DNA of 61,373 nucleotides, filler included, from Choristocarpus tenellus KU-1152 (lineage: Eukaryota; Protista; Phaeophyceae): the NCBI GenBank assembly GCA_964200185.2. It is 10 parts of 10 records of this genome, joined end to end, with 100 filler letters (N's around TTAATTAATTAA, not from the genome) between each part and the next. Parts side by side here need not be neighbours in the genome. Positions count along the whole stretch, not along the records: positions 36,255 to 40,334 come from CAXNAD020016325.1; positions 40,435 to 54,297 come from CAXNAD020001342.1; 8 more parts are not named here. One strand, 5' to 3'. The translations under genes and the position numbers were made by a program. Shown piece after piece: positions 36,880 to 49,979 of the stretch. Within the stretch, counting starts at the first letter, position 1, and every line of letters starts with the position of its first letter. A model generated the notes under the pieces. The model had not been told where the DNA came from. It did not search any database and saw only the letters and a program-made list of their open reading frames with translations.

Positions 36880-37590
36880 TTGAACACCCAAAACACGCGC
36901 ATTAGGATTTTAAAGAATATTAAATCCAGTAATAACCGTTCTTACTATTTTTGAAAATACTAAGCACGCACTTTATGGGTCTCACACGTTTCCAATTTTC
37001 AGAAACTAAAAGGTCACTTCCACCTGGTACCAACAATTTATTTAAATACTAAAACCGCTTTTTGGCGACTTCAGTATTCTTAAAAATATTCGAGACGACA
37101 AAAAAAAGCGGATCTAGAGTTTTAAAGATCCGATCTGATCTTCTAAATCCTTGAAGACCCAAAACACGTGCGTTAGGCGTTTTACGAAATAATAATAATA
37201 TTCTAATCTTTACATCAACAAATACAAATACAAACCACATCCTTCATTGATCCATTACGTTTGAAACATACGAAACGAAAAGGTTACAATAAACTGTTAC
37301 TCTCTGTCTCTTTCCAATATGAAGTCGTATGCTGTTCGATATTCGTTTTTTTTGTAACATAATTGTCAACGGAAAGACAAATCTGAGTTTTGAGGACCTA
37401 ATGACAAGATGAAATAAAACAGCACCGAAATAATAATAATATTCTAATCTTTACATCAACAAATACAATTATAAACCATATCCTTCATTGACCCAATACG
37501 TTTGAAACGTACAAAACGAAAAGGTCACAAAAAACTGTTACTCTCTCTCTCTTTCCTACATGAAATCGTGTGCTGTTCGATATTCGTATC

Positions 37591-37849
37591 GAGCCAAAGT
37601 ATCTTAGAGGGTAGAGCCGCATCCATTTGGGGTTTAAAATCCCATGTTGCGATTTTGATGTAATTTTGACTATCGTGTTTACTAGGAAGTGTCAATATCC
37701 TTGTTGCAGACACAACTTTTCATAACGTGTACATTTTACCTACTCCGAAATATTTTGGAGTAGCAAAATGTCATAAGAAAACCCATGGGAAGCCAAGCCC
37801 CAAATGGACAAACAGGGCAAAACTCGTACCCTCTAAAATACTTTCACTG
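37591..37849. mobile_element. MITE family A copy inside the second 241-bp unit
   Basis: Ends are GAGCCAAAGTATCTTAGAGGGTA ... TACCCTCTAAAATACTTTCACTG. The matching empty site is in the first unit at about 37340-37355. Confidence 0.92.
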
Positions 37850-38026
37850 ATTTTTTTGTAACACAATTGTCAAGAGAAAGAGAAATCTGAGTTTTGAGGA
37901 CCGAATGACCAGATGAAATAAAGCAGCACCTTCCATCCTCAGTCCTCATTTCAATTCATTCCCTTCAGTACATACCACGCGCACCTCTTATTTATCGATC
38001 CTCATCACACCCTCCCAACCTTCGCC

Positions 38027-40334
38027 ATGTCCAGCATTTGCTCAACAACAACCCACCCGCCCGCCGATGGCGCTGCCCATGGATCGAGAACATGGAACAG
38101 CAATCTGAAGGGCATGTCCTTGCTCCTAGAACATCACTACCTCGGCATGTACCGGATGAAACTCACCAACAACATCACATGCACGGAGATGGTGCGTCCA
38201 CTGAGTGAGCGTGGCCTTGCGCGCGTCAGCAAGTCTATCCACGAGAAAGGCTGCCTGGAGCAGTTTGCTCCATCTGTGGTAATCCAGCGAGACTGTTTAG
38301 GTAATGGGGACCAGCTCACCGCCGAAACTGAGCTTGCCATTCAAGGACGTACACTGGACGGAAACCATAGAATAACGGTGCTGAAGAGAGAGTTTGATCC
38401 CGAACGCGCTTTCATGTTGCGGGTCTTCATGGAGTTCAACCAAGCAGAAGAGAGGCTAATTACCAACGGTGGGTGATGGAGTGTTGTCGTTGTTCCATGA
38501 TCGCCTGACTATTCTGATCAACAAAGCAACAAAGTAAGTTGAGTGAATTCGTTGTTCCATGATCGCCTGATGACTCTTCTGATGTACCAAGTTGTTGCCG
38601 AGTTTCCTTTGTTTGGCTCATCGTCAGTCGGCCCACTGAGGATATTTTCGTTGTTGATCTTTTTTATCCCTCGTGGTCTTTCTGTCCACAGCAACATGTG
38701 GCTCAGTACCGCATGCCGCGTGTGTCCCACGACCGCTTCCCACCTACCCCTTGTCCCATTCGCCCACTGCACTACCACGCTTATAGCATTCAACGACACG
38801 ACCGAGATTGTGGTTGAGCGCACGCTGTACGATACGGTATATTTTCAGCACGAGCTCGAAGAAGCTATCAAGCAACAGACGAAGAAAAAAGAAGTATCAC
38901 TAATAGAGATCCGCAAAATGTACAAAAAGGTGAGGGAGTTGTCAACGTTGGTGGGATGGTGTCGCTCTACTCCTCCTCTAGTTGGGTCAAAGCTGTTGTG
39001 AAATCTCTCTGTGTCCTCCAATTCAACCTATAAGTTGAGATAGTTATCCCGCATTTAGGAACCCTGTCAACGAACTTATTGATTTTCGGGTGACCATGTA
39101 GTATGTATGTGTGGTTAACCACAGACGAACAATAAAAAGCGTCATTGTTTGTTTTATCGACGGTGTTGCCTGAAACCCCCCCCCCCACTCATGCATACCC
39201 CGTTGACATGGTAATAACGATGCCTCATCCTCGCTGGCTGGGTGCATAATATTTTCTGTTTTCTGCCCATCGCGAAGGGGGGCGTTCCTCCCCCGGCAAA
39301 AACAACTCTACGAACTGGCAGCAAGGTGTAAAGTCCCTTCGACCAGAATCCTTCGAGGTACTGAAGGAAGTGAGTGAAACCTCATCACCACAGGTCGACC
39401 GCAACGCAGTCAAACTGAACTATCTGAGTCGCGAGGAGTTTGCCGGCTTCACTTCTCTCAAGCAGGGGCTATGCATACATCTGCTTGCTAGGCAAGTCAA
39501 ACCACCACTGTGTTTTATTGTGTAGACTGCAGTAAGCGCAATGTGTGCAGGTCGCAGCACATTTCACAGGAACATTAAATAAGTGTCTCCTATGATGAAG
39601 AATGTAGTCGGCCATTGTTGTGTCGAACGAAGAACCCTTTGTAGTATTGTGGAAATTCTACGAACAGGGTGTGTTTCCTATTTATGTGCGCTCTTGTCTT
39701 TTATGAACTACAACAATCGATCCGTGAATATTTTCTGTAGTGGCGACCATTTCCTCATCATTACCTGCGCATTGTTCTCGTTCGCATCCGTCATGGCCAT
39801 TCTCTTTTTGCAGGTACAACTCGTTCTACGGGAAGTTTCCTACGGCGAGGGAATACAAGGACATCGAATCGGACGCACACATGTCTGAGATGGTTGTCTC
39901 GCGCACCAGGCAGATTGTGGCCAAGGAGAAGTGGACACCAGAGCTCCAAGGGTTGGTAAATGGTGCAGTTGCAGCGGTTATATTTTCTTGCCTTTTCCGT
40001 ATCTCCTGTGCACCCATACGTCACCATGCGCCCCTCAATTGTAAAATATACTCTCAGCGTCTTTTTCGGCACCTTACTTATTGATTGTTGCAAAACTGCT
40101 CTGAATTCCAGACTTTACATGAATGATGCACGGGCTACCAGGGAAATGGACAGGCTCGCATATGAGAAGTGTAATATGCACGACCTCTGGGTCAAGCCCC
40201 ACTACGAGGAGGAGAGGAAGAGGGAGGTGGCCCAACTTCTGCAGAAGGTTTCATCTGGCGACCAACAAGCGGGGCCCGTCCAGCAGCTGAGGGCAAACAT
40301 CTCGACGGTTGTCGGAATGAAACCTCTGCAACGG
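38027..40334 (+). CDS. ParB/Sulfiredoxin-fold protein with a probable downstream HTH; exons 38027-38468, 38787-38929, 39278-39491, 39814-39951 and 40112-contig end; one apparent frameshift near 39310
   Basis: Exon 1 has VRPLSERGLARVSKSIHEKG and RTLDGNHRITVLK (ParB/Srx-fold motif). Exons 2-3 give AFNDTTEIVVERTLYD...VSLIEIRKMYKKGGVPPPAKTTL(x)NWQQGVKSL, which is HTH-like. All four junctions are phase-consistent (one is GC-AG) if a 1-nt deletion is allowed in exon 3. The start context is TTCGCCATGT. Confidence 0.7.
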
Positions 40335-40477
40335 NNNNNNNNNNNNNNNNNNNNNNNNNNNNNNNNNNNNNNNNNNNNTTAATTAATTAANNNNNNNNNN
40401 NNNNNNNNNNNNNNNNNNNNNNNNNNNNNNNNNNGGAGCTGAGAGTTAGAGAGTGCGGCAGGGGGGAGGAGGGGGGT

Positions 40478-40512
<35 letters not shown>

Positions 40513-41162
40513 AGGAAAGGGAGAGTGATTGCAACGACAGGATGTGCGGGTGGGAGGGATGGCACATTGGAAACGTTGGGGAGGGGAGAGGCAAGAAAAA
40601 AGTAACACACGACACCACATGATCCCGGTGTCTTGAACCAGAACGATTCAATCGAGTACACTATATCATATCTTCCAAGCATGCACGCAGGCACGCACGC
40701 ACACACGGAGCGATTTGCTTTTAAACATATTTGCACTGCTCAGAGTTTCTCGATGGTCGCCTAGCCTCATGCCCACCGTATACACTTTGATTCAATCGAA
40801 TAGAGTACATCCTCCTGTTTCGAGTCAATGGATGGCGTACTCATAAATGCTTTTCGTTCACGCCACACTCTCCATTCACACCTCTGTGTGTGTGTCTGGG
40901 ATCACACATACACAATGGTCAGATCCTAGAGCCCTTCACTACACAAAAAAACACACAAACGCTCACCGCATTTTTTGAAACTGCTGCAGCTCCCAACATA
41001 AACAGCAAACCTCTAACAACAAATCAAAACTGATCAGGCGCAACATGGAAGAGTGGTCGTAACCTACCCTCAACACCCACCCACCCACCCACCCCCCCGC
41101 CAAAATCTGTACATGCACTCTCAGATTACATCACTGCGCTGTGTCCTTGTACCATGCTCTAC

Positions 41163-43242
41163 CTTCCTTCATCCCCATTATCATCCTTGCTGCCTCCTTG
41201 CCCTCCGCCACTGGTGATGAGGCTAAGGTCTATCTCAATGTCAGTGTCCATTGGAGAGCTCTCTGTCGGAAGCAAAGGCTGCTGACGGGGCGGCGGCGCA
41301 GGCATCGTCATTGTGTCCCCCTGCCCCCACAGTAGGGTAACCAAAAGCGCAAGGGTTCAGAGTGATGGGTGTTCCAAAAAAAGTGAAAAAAAAGGTGAGG
41401 CATGAACAGGATTACACCCTCTGTCCTATAGTAAGAGAGAGCAAGTCACTGAGGATCAGAGGGGTTGATCAATGTTGTGCCACAGGCAAACAGGTGTGGC
41501 GTCGATCAAGACACCATTGAAGGGTTCCAGAACTCATACGGGAGTAAGGCCAAAAGCAAAAATAGAAAAAAAAACTTTTTGGGGGGGGTCTTTTCGACCA
41601 AAATATCAAATCCGTTACACAATTACCCCTATTGGATGGATGCGCCCATATGGAAGTAGCTCAACAGACCAAATACATCAATAGTGCTACACCTACCTTC
41701 AGCAAGGGCCACAACAACAGCATTATACTCAGAGGCTGAAACTTGGAAAATTGGGAACAACGATCAGTTCTCAAATATATATTCAGATAAAGATCAGTAA
41801 GTAAATACTATATATACAAAGTGTATGCCCATTATTCTCTTACCTCTGGATCGTTGATATATTGGTGTGGGGAAAAGGGGTTTCTGTTGGCCCGGAGAGG
41901 GGAATTCCCATCTCTGCCATCACCCCCTGACAACCTCCAACGCCCCCCACCCTTCTTTTTCACTGGGGATGCTTGGGCACTACTGATCGACAAGGGGGGG
42001 GGAGAGAAAGAGAGCAAGGTCATTAGCATGCTAGAGTAGCAGTGAGTGGTGGAAGGTTGTGAAAGATAATATCAACCTTGTGTTTTCTAATGATAGGCAT
42101 CTTGATTAAGATAAGAGAAAATTAAAAAGAGCAATACAAACCGTTTGCGTTATTTCCTCATAACCCACTCCCTTCCTTCCCCCATTGAGACCAGATGTTT
42201 GAACTGTCTGGAAAGCATCAATTGATCTATCTGCTCAGACTAGAGGCATGAAGTCAGAAGGACTCATGAACTTCAACAGAAAAAATTGCATACTGCGAAT
42301 GACGAGCACCTTCCCATCTCCCTGACTGCTGTCCATGGCGAGTCCTTTGGCCTGCCTCCCCCCGAGGTCCCCGGTCGTCGTTGTGGGGTATCCGGCATTG
42401 CCCCTGGACCTCCTAGCCCTCCTCCAGCCCTTGGTGTGGGGGGTGCAAACGATTGGGAAGCGTAGTCTTGGCAGGGCTCTGCATGCCGCAAATCTGACTC
42501 TTGATCTCGGACCTCTTCCGATCGGAAGGATGGGTAAAACGAGCTTGGGTCGATTGCCTGTGATGCCAGCATGGGCGAAGGGAGGAATCGAGGTGTGAAT
42601 CGAAAGCTAAAAGGTAAAAAGGAGAAGGCGACATAGAAGTAGAGCGAACAAAATATTCATAACATGTGACCAGAGCTGTACCTCAAGGTTGGCATCTCCA
42701 GCCGAAGCTTCTCTAAGCTTCCCCCCTCCCCATGACGGCATCGGGGAAGGGGCATCCAGTGCCAAGGGTGTTGGTCGGTGCTTGACTGGTGCTTCGTCTG
42801 ATGCACAGGCGAAGAGATTAGCGCGGAAAGCTGGGACGGGGGCCGCAAAGGCTTCTTCAGCATCAGCGCCGAAGAGCTGCATTCATGGGTGGGGGTGGAG
42901 ATTAGCTTGCCCAGGTCAGGGTATCGTGCAGCTGCAGGAAAAGAGGTGCAAGAAAAGGGGCAGCACCAATCGCTGGACTAGGTGTGTGCCAGCATAGGAC
43001 CAACAATTGCAGCAAGCGAATAATCCTAAAATGGTACTCACAGTATTATTGTCAGTTGAAGATATGCCTAATTATCGACTTTCTAGATGCTAAATATGTG
43101 TCCTTCGCACCTTTGTCCTTTTGATGTTGCGAGGGTTGTCGAGCCTCATCGGAGGGCTATTCAGTGACATTCTTCGAAGGACATCTTGTGCACCGCTCAT
43201 TTCGGTTGGACTGAGCGACTGCCTGCTTTGGGGTGGGTCCAT
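41163..43242 (-). CDS. Probable Wee1-like kinase, disordered N-terminal region (exons about 43242-43111, 42879-42682, 42558-42310, 41982-41844, 41320-41163); kinase domain not on the contig
   Basis: Five in-phase GT-AG exons encode many S/T-P sites, RxL-like motifs (RTKLF, RANLF) and ANRNPFSP, which resembles the conserved Wee1 NxNPF(T/S)P motif. The gene model is better supported than the family call. Confidence 0.5.
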
Positions 43243-44850
43243 GATGCACGTACCTCCTGGGTACTTCAGGACGTCCTCAATCACCAAGAGTAGAAGGTTG
43301 TTCACCGACTCCTTTGTCGACCAACCTAAACTTGCCGTATGTTGGGCAGTTAACAGAACAAAAACAACCACCAACAAGAGTGGTGCTCAATGGCACCCTT
43401 TGCCTACTGTGCCCCACGCAATTTTGCTACCCAACTTGAGAGCACACCAAGTACGTCTCAGCGGCAGAGAACAAAGACACCACGGATTCAGATCGTCTAC
43501 CCCAGAATTAGAGACCCAGAGGTTGGAGTTTTGACTCGGTGTTGGGTATCCCACTCAATCCTTCTGGGTTGTGCTGCTCAGCCTCAAGCTTTATCAATAT
43601 CCCCAATGAAGTGGTCAACGGTCGCGCGTAAACAATATGACATGACTGGCATCATACCATAATATATGTCATATATGTGATGTCCCTTGCGCGCGACAGC
43701 AAATCCAGGACAAAATTGTGTAGTAATATAATAATAAATATGTATCGAAAAGGGACAGGAGAAGAAGGAAAGAATGTGGACAATCCACAAAAGAAACACC
43801 ACCGACACACATAAACGATTACTATTATATGGATATTTCCAAGACCATTTATAACTGAAATCTAGTACGTTACATGATGTACATAGATGTAGGTGATTCA
43901 ACCTACACAAGGTCAAAGTTAAGGGTGTTGTTAAGAACCACCGCGGAAATTCGAGATGGCGGCCAAAAGTTCTCCCTTCTGAGATATCTAGTGGGGATCT
44001 ACATGACAACTAATAATAAAGGAGTGAAGGATGCTGCCAAGACTGACTTGGGTGGCTTCGTCTAGAGGAACTCCAATAGCTTAGCCGTAAGCTCTCCATG
44101 TACTTGTCGATCCAGTATTAAAGTTTCCACTCAGAGGTGGGGGACCTGGCGAGTATCGCAGAAGTAAGCACACGAATCAAGCAAGAACTGCAACTTTGTT
44201 CAGTGCAAAGACATAGAGATGCCAAGGAAGCGAAAGAGAGTCCTGATGGATACCATCGTGTATATGATAGGCTGGTAACGAGCTCATCTTCATACATTAC
44301 GTAATAATTTAGTAGTGTTGTGAACTGATGTGATGAGAGCCCAACTAATCTTTGTACTTACAATAATAGGCCGACTCTGACGATCTCCACTACCCCAATT
44401 CAGACCACTCGATTGAGGTACTATTCGAATATTTTAGGGGGAAGTGAAGGGTGTAACCCCCCCCCAGATACTTTGAGCCATTATCCCCAACAAAAAATAC
44501 TGTATAGAGGACTATATCAAGTTCCATACTTATGTGTGCATGTAAAGTACATATATATCAAGTGCTTACTAGCACAACACAGTCGTCATGCCAAGGTTGA
44601 TAGAATAGGCAGACACACCCATGTATCAATAATGCCTTGAGATAGCATTTCTTTCCTCGACAGAAGATACGTTGCACAGAGACAGCGGAACGCATTGCTA
44701 GTCTTTGTTCTGCAACGTTTACTATATGACTACATGTACTTCTCTCTCAATCCTAATGTCATTATTTTCCACCTATCATGCAAACCCCGTCAACACTACT
44801 TGCATAATGCATGCAAGGATCATTTACTTGCAGTGGTAGGTAAGAGCTTT

Positions 44851-45113
44851 GAGTGAAAGTATCTTAGAGGATACGACGAGTTTTTCCCTGCTTGTTCATT
44901 TGGGGCTTGGCTTCCCTTGGGTTTTTTTATTACATTTTCCTACTCCAAAATGTTTCAGAGCGGGTAAAATGCGTATGTTCTAAAAAGGTGTGTCCGGAAC
45001 AAGGATATTGACACTTCCTAACAAACATGGATAGCCAAAATTACATCAAAATCGCAACATTGGATTTTGGTCCCCAAATGGACGCGACTCTACCCTCTAA
45101 GATAATTTGGCTA
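44851..45113. mobile_element. MITE family A copy
   Basis: Ends are GAGTGAAAGTATCTTAGAGG ... CCCTCTAAGATAATTTGGCT, and the interior matches the family. No TSD is preserved. Confidence 0.9.
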
Positions 45114-45559
45114 TACGTATAGCTTGTATGCTCGGAGAGCACTTGTCTCAGCAGGATATCCATGTAGTGAGCACCGGACTACTCAGGAATAGTTATACTT
45201 GAATGGTAATATATAGAATTATTATATTGATAATGTGTAACGTTGAAGTTGAAATCGTGAGAATCCCAACCCAGAACATCTGTATCTATTTGTAAGGCAG
45301 ATCACACTCCCATTTCATCACGACTTTTGCATACACATTTCCCACAAATCAGCAAACTATACTTACGATAACTAGTTCATTCTTTATTCACGAGACACGT
45401 TTCTTTGACCTGTTGACGTCCGTCTGACACTCTCCCTCCCCCAAGATAGATTTCCACATATTTATATACAGCAAATGACTACACTATTTCAACTTTATTG
45501 CACGCTTACGATTACTCTTAGGGGGGAGCCAAAGGCAAACACTATGAACACAATGTATT

Positions 45560-45665
45560 TTATTATTATGCCCTCTGACATTTTGCAGATGTGTCAGGGG
45601 AGAAACCAATGAAAACTATACATATGTCGTTATTAGCCCTAAAGAAATAAAATATCCTAAACATA
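45560..45665 (-). mobile_element. Hairpin-(ATA)n retroposon, longer 5' extent
   Basis: TATTATTATGCCCTCTGACATTTTGCAGATGTGTCAGGGGAGAAACCAATGAAAACTAT...CCCTAAAGAAATAAAATAT; the extension is shared with the copy near 61150-61260. Confidence 0.85.
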
Positions 45666-46391
45666 AGAACACTATAAAACATTGTGAGTGTGGAAACTAC
45701 TAGTCTTTCGGTTTCTTCCCCACACAATGTATCGTTATTTTCCTTATACAGACCAAATATATACTGCTTTATGTACCGTTGCTGTATTGCTTATAACACG
45801 ACGAAACCTTTTTGTACCATGATAGGTAGAGCAATATGTCTTGGAAGGGTGTCGCGTTTATCTTGTGTGGTCCTTATGAATGCCATAATTTATCATTTTT
45901 TTCCTACTAACATATCACATATATACCACTTATATACCGTTGCTGTATTGCTTACAACAAGACAAGACCTTTTTATACTACGATAGGTACAGCAGTCCTG
46001 TCTTAGAGGGGGTCTCGTTGATTTGATTATGCGTTGTCCTTTTGGAAGCCTATTAATAGTACATATATATGTTTCTAGCACTCTGAAGGGCGATTTTGCC
46101 CCTAAATTACGTGGATAAATATTTGTCTTCTCTTCTATAGTCACAGCCTCGTAAGGTGTTAGCTTCGTTTCAGGCGTGTTCATGGGGAATGAGGTATCAG
46201 GCAGAAGTCTTGAGATACTTGTGCCTAAATAGATCCCCCCCTCTACATTTGATGGCTCGTTGGAATACCATTGCTACATATGTTACCTATTACTTTGAGT
46301 CAAAGTAATCATACTTCTAAAACTCTAGCCTGCCAATTTATAGTCAGGCCGTAACTTTGTCAACAATCCCTGGAGTCTGTCAGATCCATCA

Positions 46392-46569
46392 GGCTCAAAG
46401 CATCTGGGGGAGTGGCAGCTGTCCATTCAGGGCCTATTTTTCCATGTCGCGATTTTTGGGTGATTTGGTTGCATGCGTCAGATGAATAATGTAAGTTCAC
46501 TTCTCCTGGTCAGGGCCCGAATGGACACTCTGGGTATAGAATCCCCCCTCCCCCCAGATACTTTGGTCC
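46392..46569. mobile_element. MITE family B (178 bp), TSD ATCA
   Basis: Ends are GGCTCAAAGCATCTGGGGG ... CCCCCAGATACTTTGGTCC, with ATCA on both sides. Confidence 0.9.
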
Positions 46570-49500
46570 ATCATGACCCACCATCCATGGCTGTGTCTGC
46601 AACCAATCTCTAGCTCAAATCACATGCGCCTCAGAAAAGCACATATGAGTAAGTGACTGATAGCATCTAATTTTTCCTATGTGGAATATCAAATTAGTGA
46701 ATTAGTAGGGTACGTTCACTACAAATAACCTCCAACCTTACCAACTCATAAGCACAGAACAATGCAGCAAGTATGGTATGAACAGCAATTACCCTTCTCG
46801 TTCACATGTCCTTACCAGTAGTATCCAGTGGGTTCTTGAAGAGAACACAAATCCGCATTTTTTGCACTGCACTCACTGTGTTCTTGAAGAGACCACATAA
46901 ATTCATCACACTTCATTCTTCCCGCATGCAATGTAGTCCGTCATGCCCAGCTCTGACAGTGAATGAATACACTTACAATACTGAAGAAAATGCGGTTGTT
47001 GTTTAGGAGGTGTAGCAAGGCTTGACCAGCAGTTTCACTTTCCATCTGTTGTTGTTGCAATGACTATCCACACCGAATATCACGAAAAATGTAACTGGTG
47101 ATATTGTAACTGGACATTATTTCGGAACACTTTCAAGATTCTACTACATACTCCAGAGTTATCCTCGCCATAACGAGGACTGGGAAAACATCCTTTCTGT
47201 TGTTTCCCTGATGTGTACACGGTCATAATGAGGTATTTCCCTGGGCATGTGTATGTGAGTAGAGCTAGAGCAGTGCATGTTTTCGAGAACATCGAGGAAT
47301 TGTAGCTATAGTAATACGACGGTGGCACGTACAGTACATGCAAGTTCCATCCAGCATAATTTTCACATTTGTGTGAAGAGCTGCACTTCACGAACTACTA
47401 AGTATTAGGGATAGTTATAATATTAATCAAATATGTCAAGATTATGCTTGACCATTTGTGAGAATATGATTTGAAGTAATATTCCATGTACGCACAGACG
47501 ATGATGCGGGACATTAAGGAAATTTAGGCGGGGTATTTGACCAGAAGTAATCTGCGGAATGCTAGAGTCGGAGTGTTTCTGACGTGTACTAGAGAACTGT
47601 TGAGTCATTTGGTATTCTGAGTAATTTACTGTGCAGCTTGGTGAGCCTTATCTAATTATGGTTTCTCACTCTCTTCTCAACTGTGATACAAGCTAATAAA
47701 CAATAATATAACTGCTTGTGTGGGACAACAGATCGTCAAGGACAGCTTAATAAATGCCAAGTTGAACTACCTTAACGAGGGGATTCCTTATCCAGTTGAA
47801 AAAATGAAAAGTTCAATACTGCCTGGAACGCTCTATGTTTATCATTGAGAGCTACATAGCACTGTGGAGGGGGATAAGGCGATACAAAGTGCTATGTTAA
47901 TGTTCAGTTGGGGTAGTACTTTAAGGCATCACATAGTACTATGTAGTGATAGGTCCACTAGGATTGCTAGGACTAATAGGACCACTTTATGGTGACACAT
48001 AGCAGTAAGTAGAGCTATGAGTGCTACAACCAATACGTATCCTAGAAGGTGATACATGTAATTACTTTAGCGCTACGAACCTTACAGCGATCTACTTCTA
48101 AGTAAGTGGCATTCCTGGTTTTCCTAGGGTCGCTGTAAGAGTCACTCGAAGCACTGGAGTCACAAGCACGCACAATTGGCATTGAACTCGTAGTAATCAT
48201 AGTGACACACAGTGGCGACACAAGAACTCTGTTATTTGTGGGACCCATGTAATTATTTTAGAGCTTTAAGGCCTTACAAGGCGTTACAAAATGCTATATG
48301 GCACTACGTAACACAGCTTCATAGTGCCCTCATATTTCAAACACTCCCTGGAGTTTGCCTTGATGGGACATGTAGATTCAGTCCCTAAGCCTGTAGGAAG
48401 ATGGTGACGGTCGATGAAGGTGGCTGTAATGTGTCAATGCCTGGTATCCAATCAAAAATTATTATTCTCAACATAGATGTACCATCAAACACCAACTACT
48501 ACAGTCAATGCACGATGATCAACTTCAATTGTAATCTGAAAAGTAGTAGTGAGTTCTTAGAAGCCAAAATACAACTGAAAACTGCCGAACTATTCTGAAC
48601 CTACATATTTCACAAAGAAACTATAACCCGTAGAACCTTAGTATGACGGATCTTACTTAGACTCGTGATAGAAAACGTGGTTCGAAAGAAGGATACACTA
48701 TTAAAGAATAGGCAACAAGGACAATAAAATAATAATTAAGCGCCATAAAAAAGGAAAAAAAGGAAAAAAAAGAAATTAAGACAAATGAAAGAAAACATCC
48801 TACCCCGTGCAATACGCCCTGTTTTGTTGCTTTATATGCATAATAGTATACACAAAGTTGATCTTCCCCTTTTCCACACACAAAGTGACACAACCATTAT
48901 TAAGCAAAGGCTCTTTCTGCAATTGTACAAAATTGTGTATTTTTGCCCTTTCCCAGATCCTTAAGAATGCTACCCTGCCTACCTCTCAAATGATTTGGCT
49001 CATGACATAACTGCAGCCATGGTACACTATATTATATAATGTGTATTATATGACTAATGCCAATTTTGTTGTTTTGATGTTTTATTTATTGCTTTGGTGT
49101 TTTGTTTTTTTTGCGGACTCTTGTTGTTGTGTTGAAGTCACCTGTGTGTAGATTTTAACTGTAAAGCAAGGGAGCTGTATAGATAGGGAAAAAATGTTTT
49201 AATTTTTGTGTTGCTGTGGAGTGTAATTGGGTTTTTTTCGCTGGCTGTCAAGGCCCTCCTTCACTACTGGAGGGTTTCGTTCTTGGTCTATAAGAATATG
49301 AAGATATCTTAACATTTTGAAGATTTTGGGGAGGAGGGGTTGCCTTTTAAAAAAATCTCGATTCTTGATTTTTTTGTTATAAAAGAAAAGTTGCCATGAG
49401 GGGGACAGGAAGCAACATACGGCATAGAGCGTTCGCTGAAACCTACTCCTGAACTAGCACTTACCAGATGGTCTAGAAACAAGGGACGAATTCCATGAGT

Positions 49501-49979
49501 TAGTCAAGGCCTTCTCTGTCCTCCGACTCGCTGGTGCCTAGTGCTTGAAGTGCAAGATACACCTTGAAATTGACACCTTGAAATTGACACTTACTTGTGT
49601 GCTGTGACAGACACAATCTATCGTGTGTGTGCATACTTTCACCTTTCCCTACCTGCTGAAACCCCCAGCCCCCTGACCACCAACTATTGTGACAGGTGTT
49701 AAAACATAGGCTACTCATTTGATTTGTTTTGATACGACACAGTATCGTCAGTTCATACTGAATGTTGATTTTCCATTGCAATAGTCACTGTTTCCACATA
49801 CCTCATTAGCTCATCATCACAACATCCTCAACAACCTTCATAACACCACAATACATAGGAAACATGATAACAGTCGCTACCTATCACACATACAGGCATA
49901 CTATGTGCCACATCAGTTCCCTTAGACATTGATTCAAGCTTGTCTTTTTGTTTCTTCTTTTTATTTTTTTTCCTCTTCT

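Larger units (their letters stand above)
36293..37930. repeat. Composite repeat array: units of about 175 bp (x2.5), 270 bp (x2) and 241 bp (x2) sharing one core motif
   Basis: The core CATAC/CCTT(A/C)ATTGA....TACGTTT(CC/GA)AA.....GAAAC.AA recurs near 36348, 36522, 36696, 36966, 37237 and 37477. GGAAGTTGTA.ATCCGA starts at 36293 and 36467. AATAATAATATTCTAATCTTTACATCAACAAATACAA is at 37191 and 37432. Confidence 0.9.

Noticed and set aside
38027-38476. Sulfiredoxin call for the DGNHR protein
   Set aside because: It lacks the catalytic Cys of the GCHR motif and continues through further exons, well beyond sulfiredoxin length.
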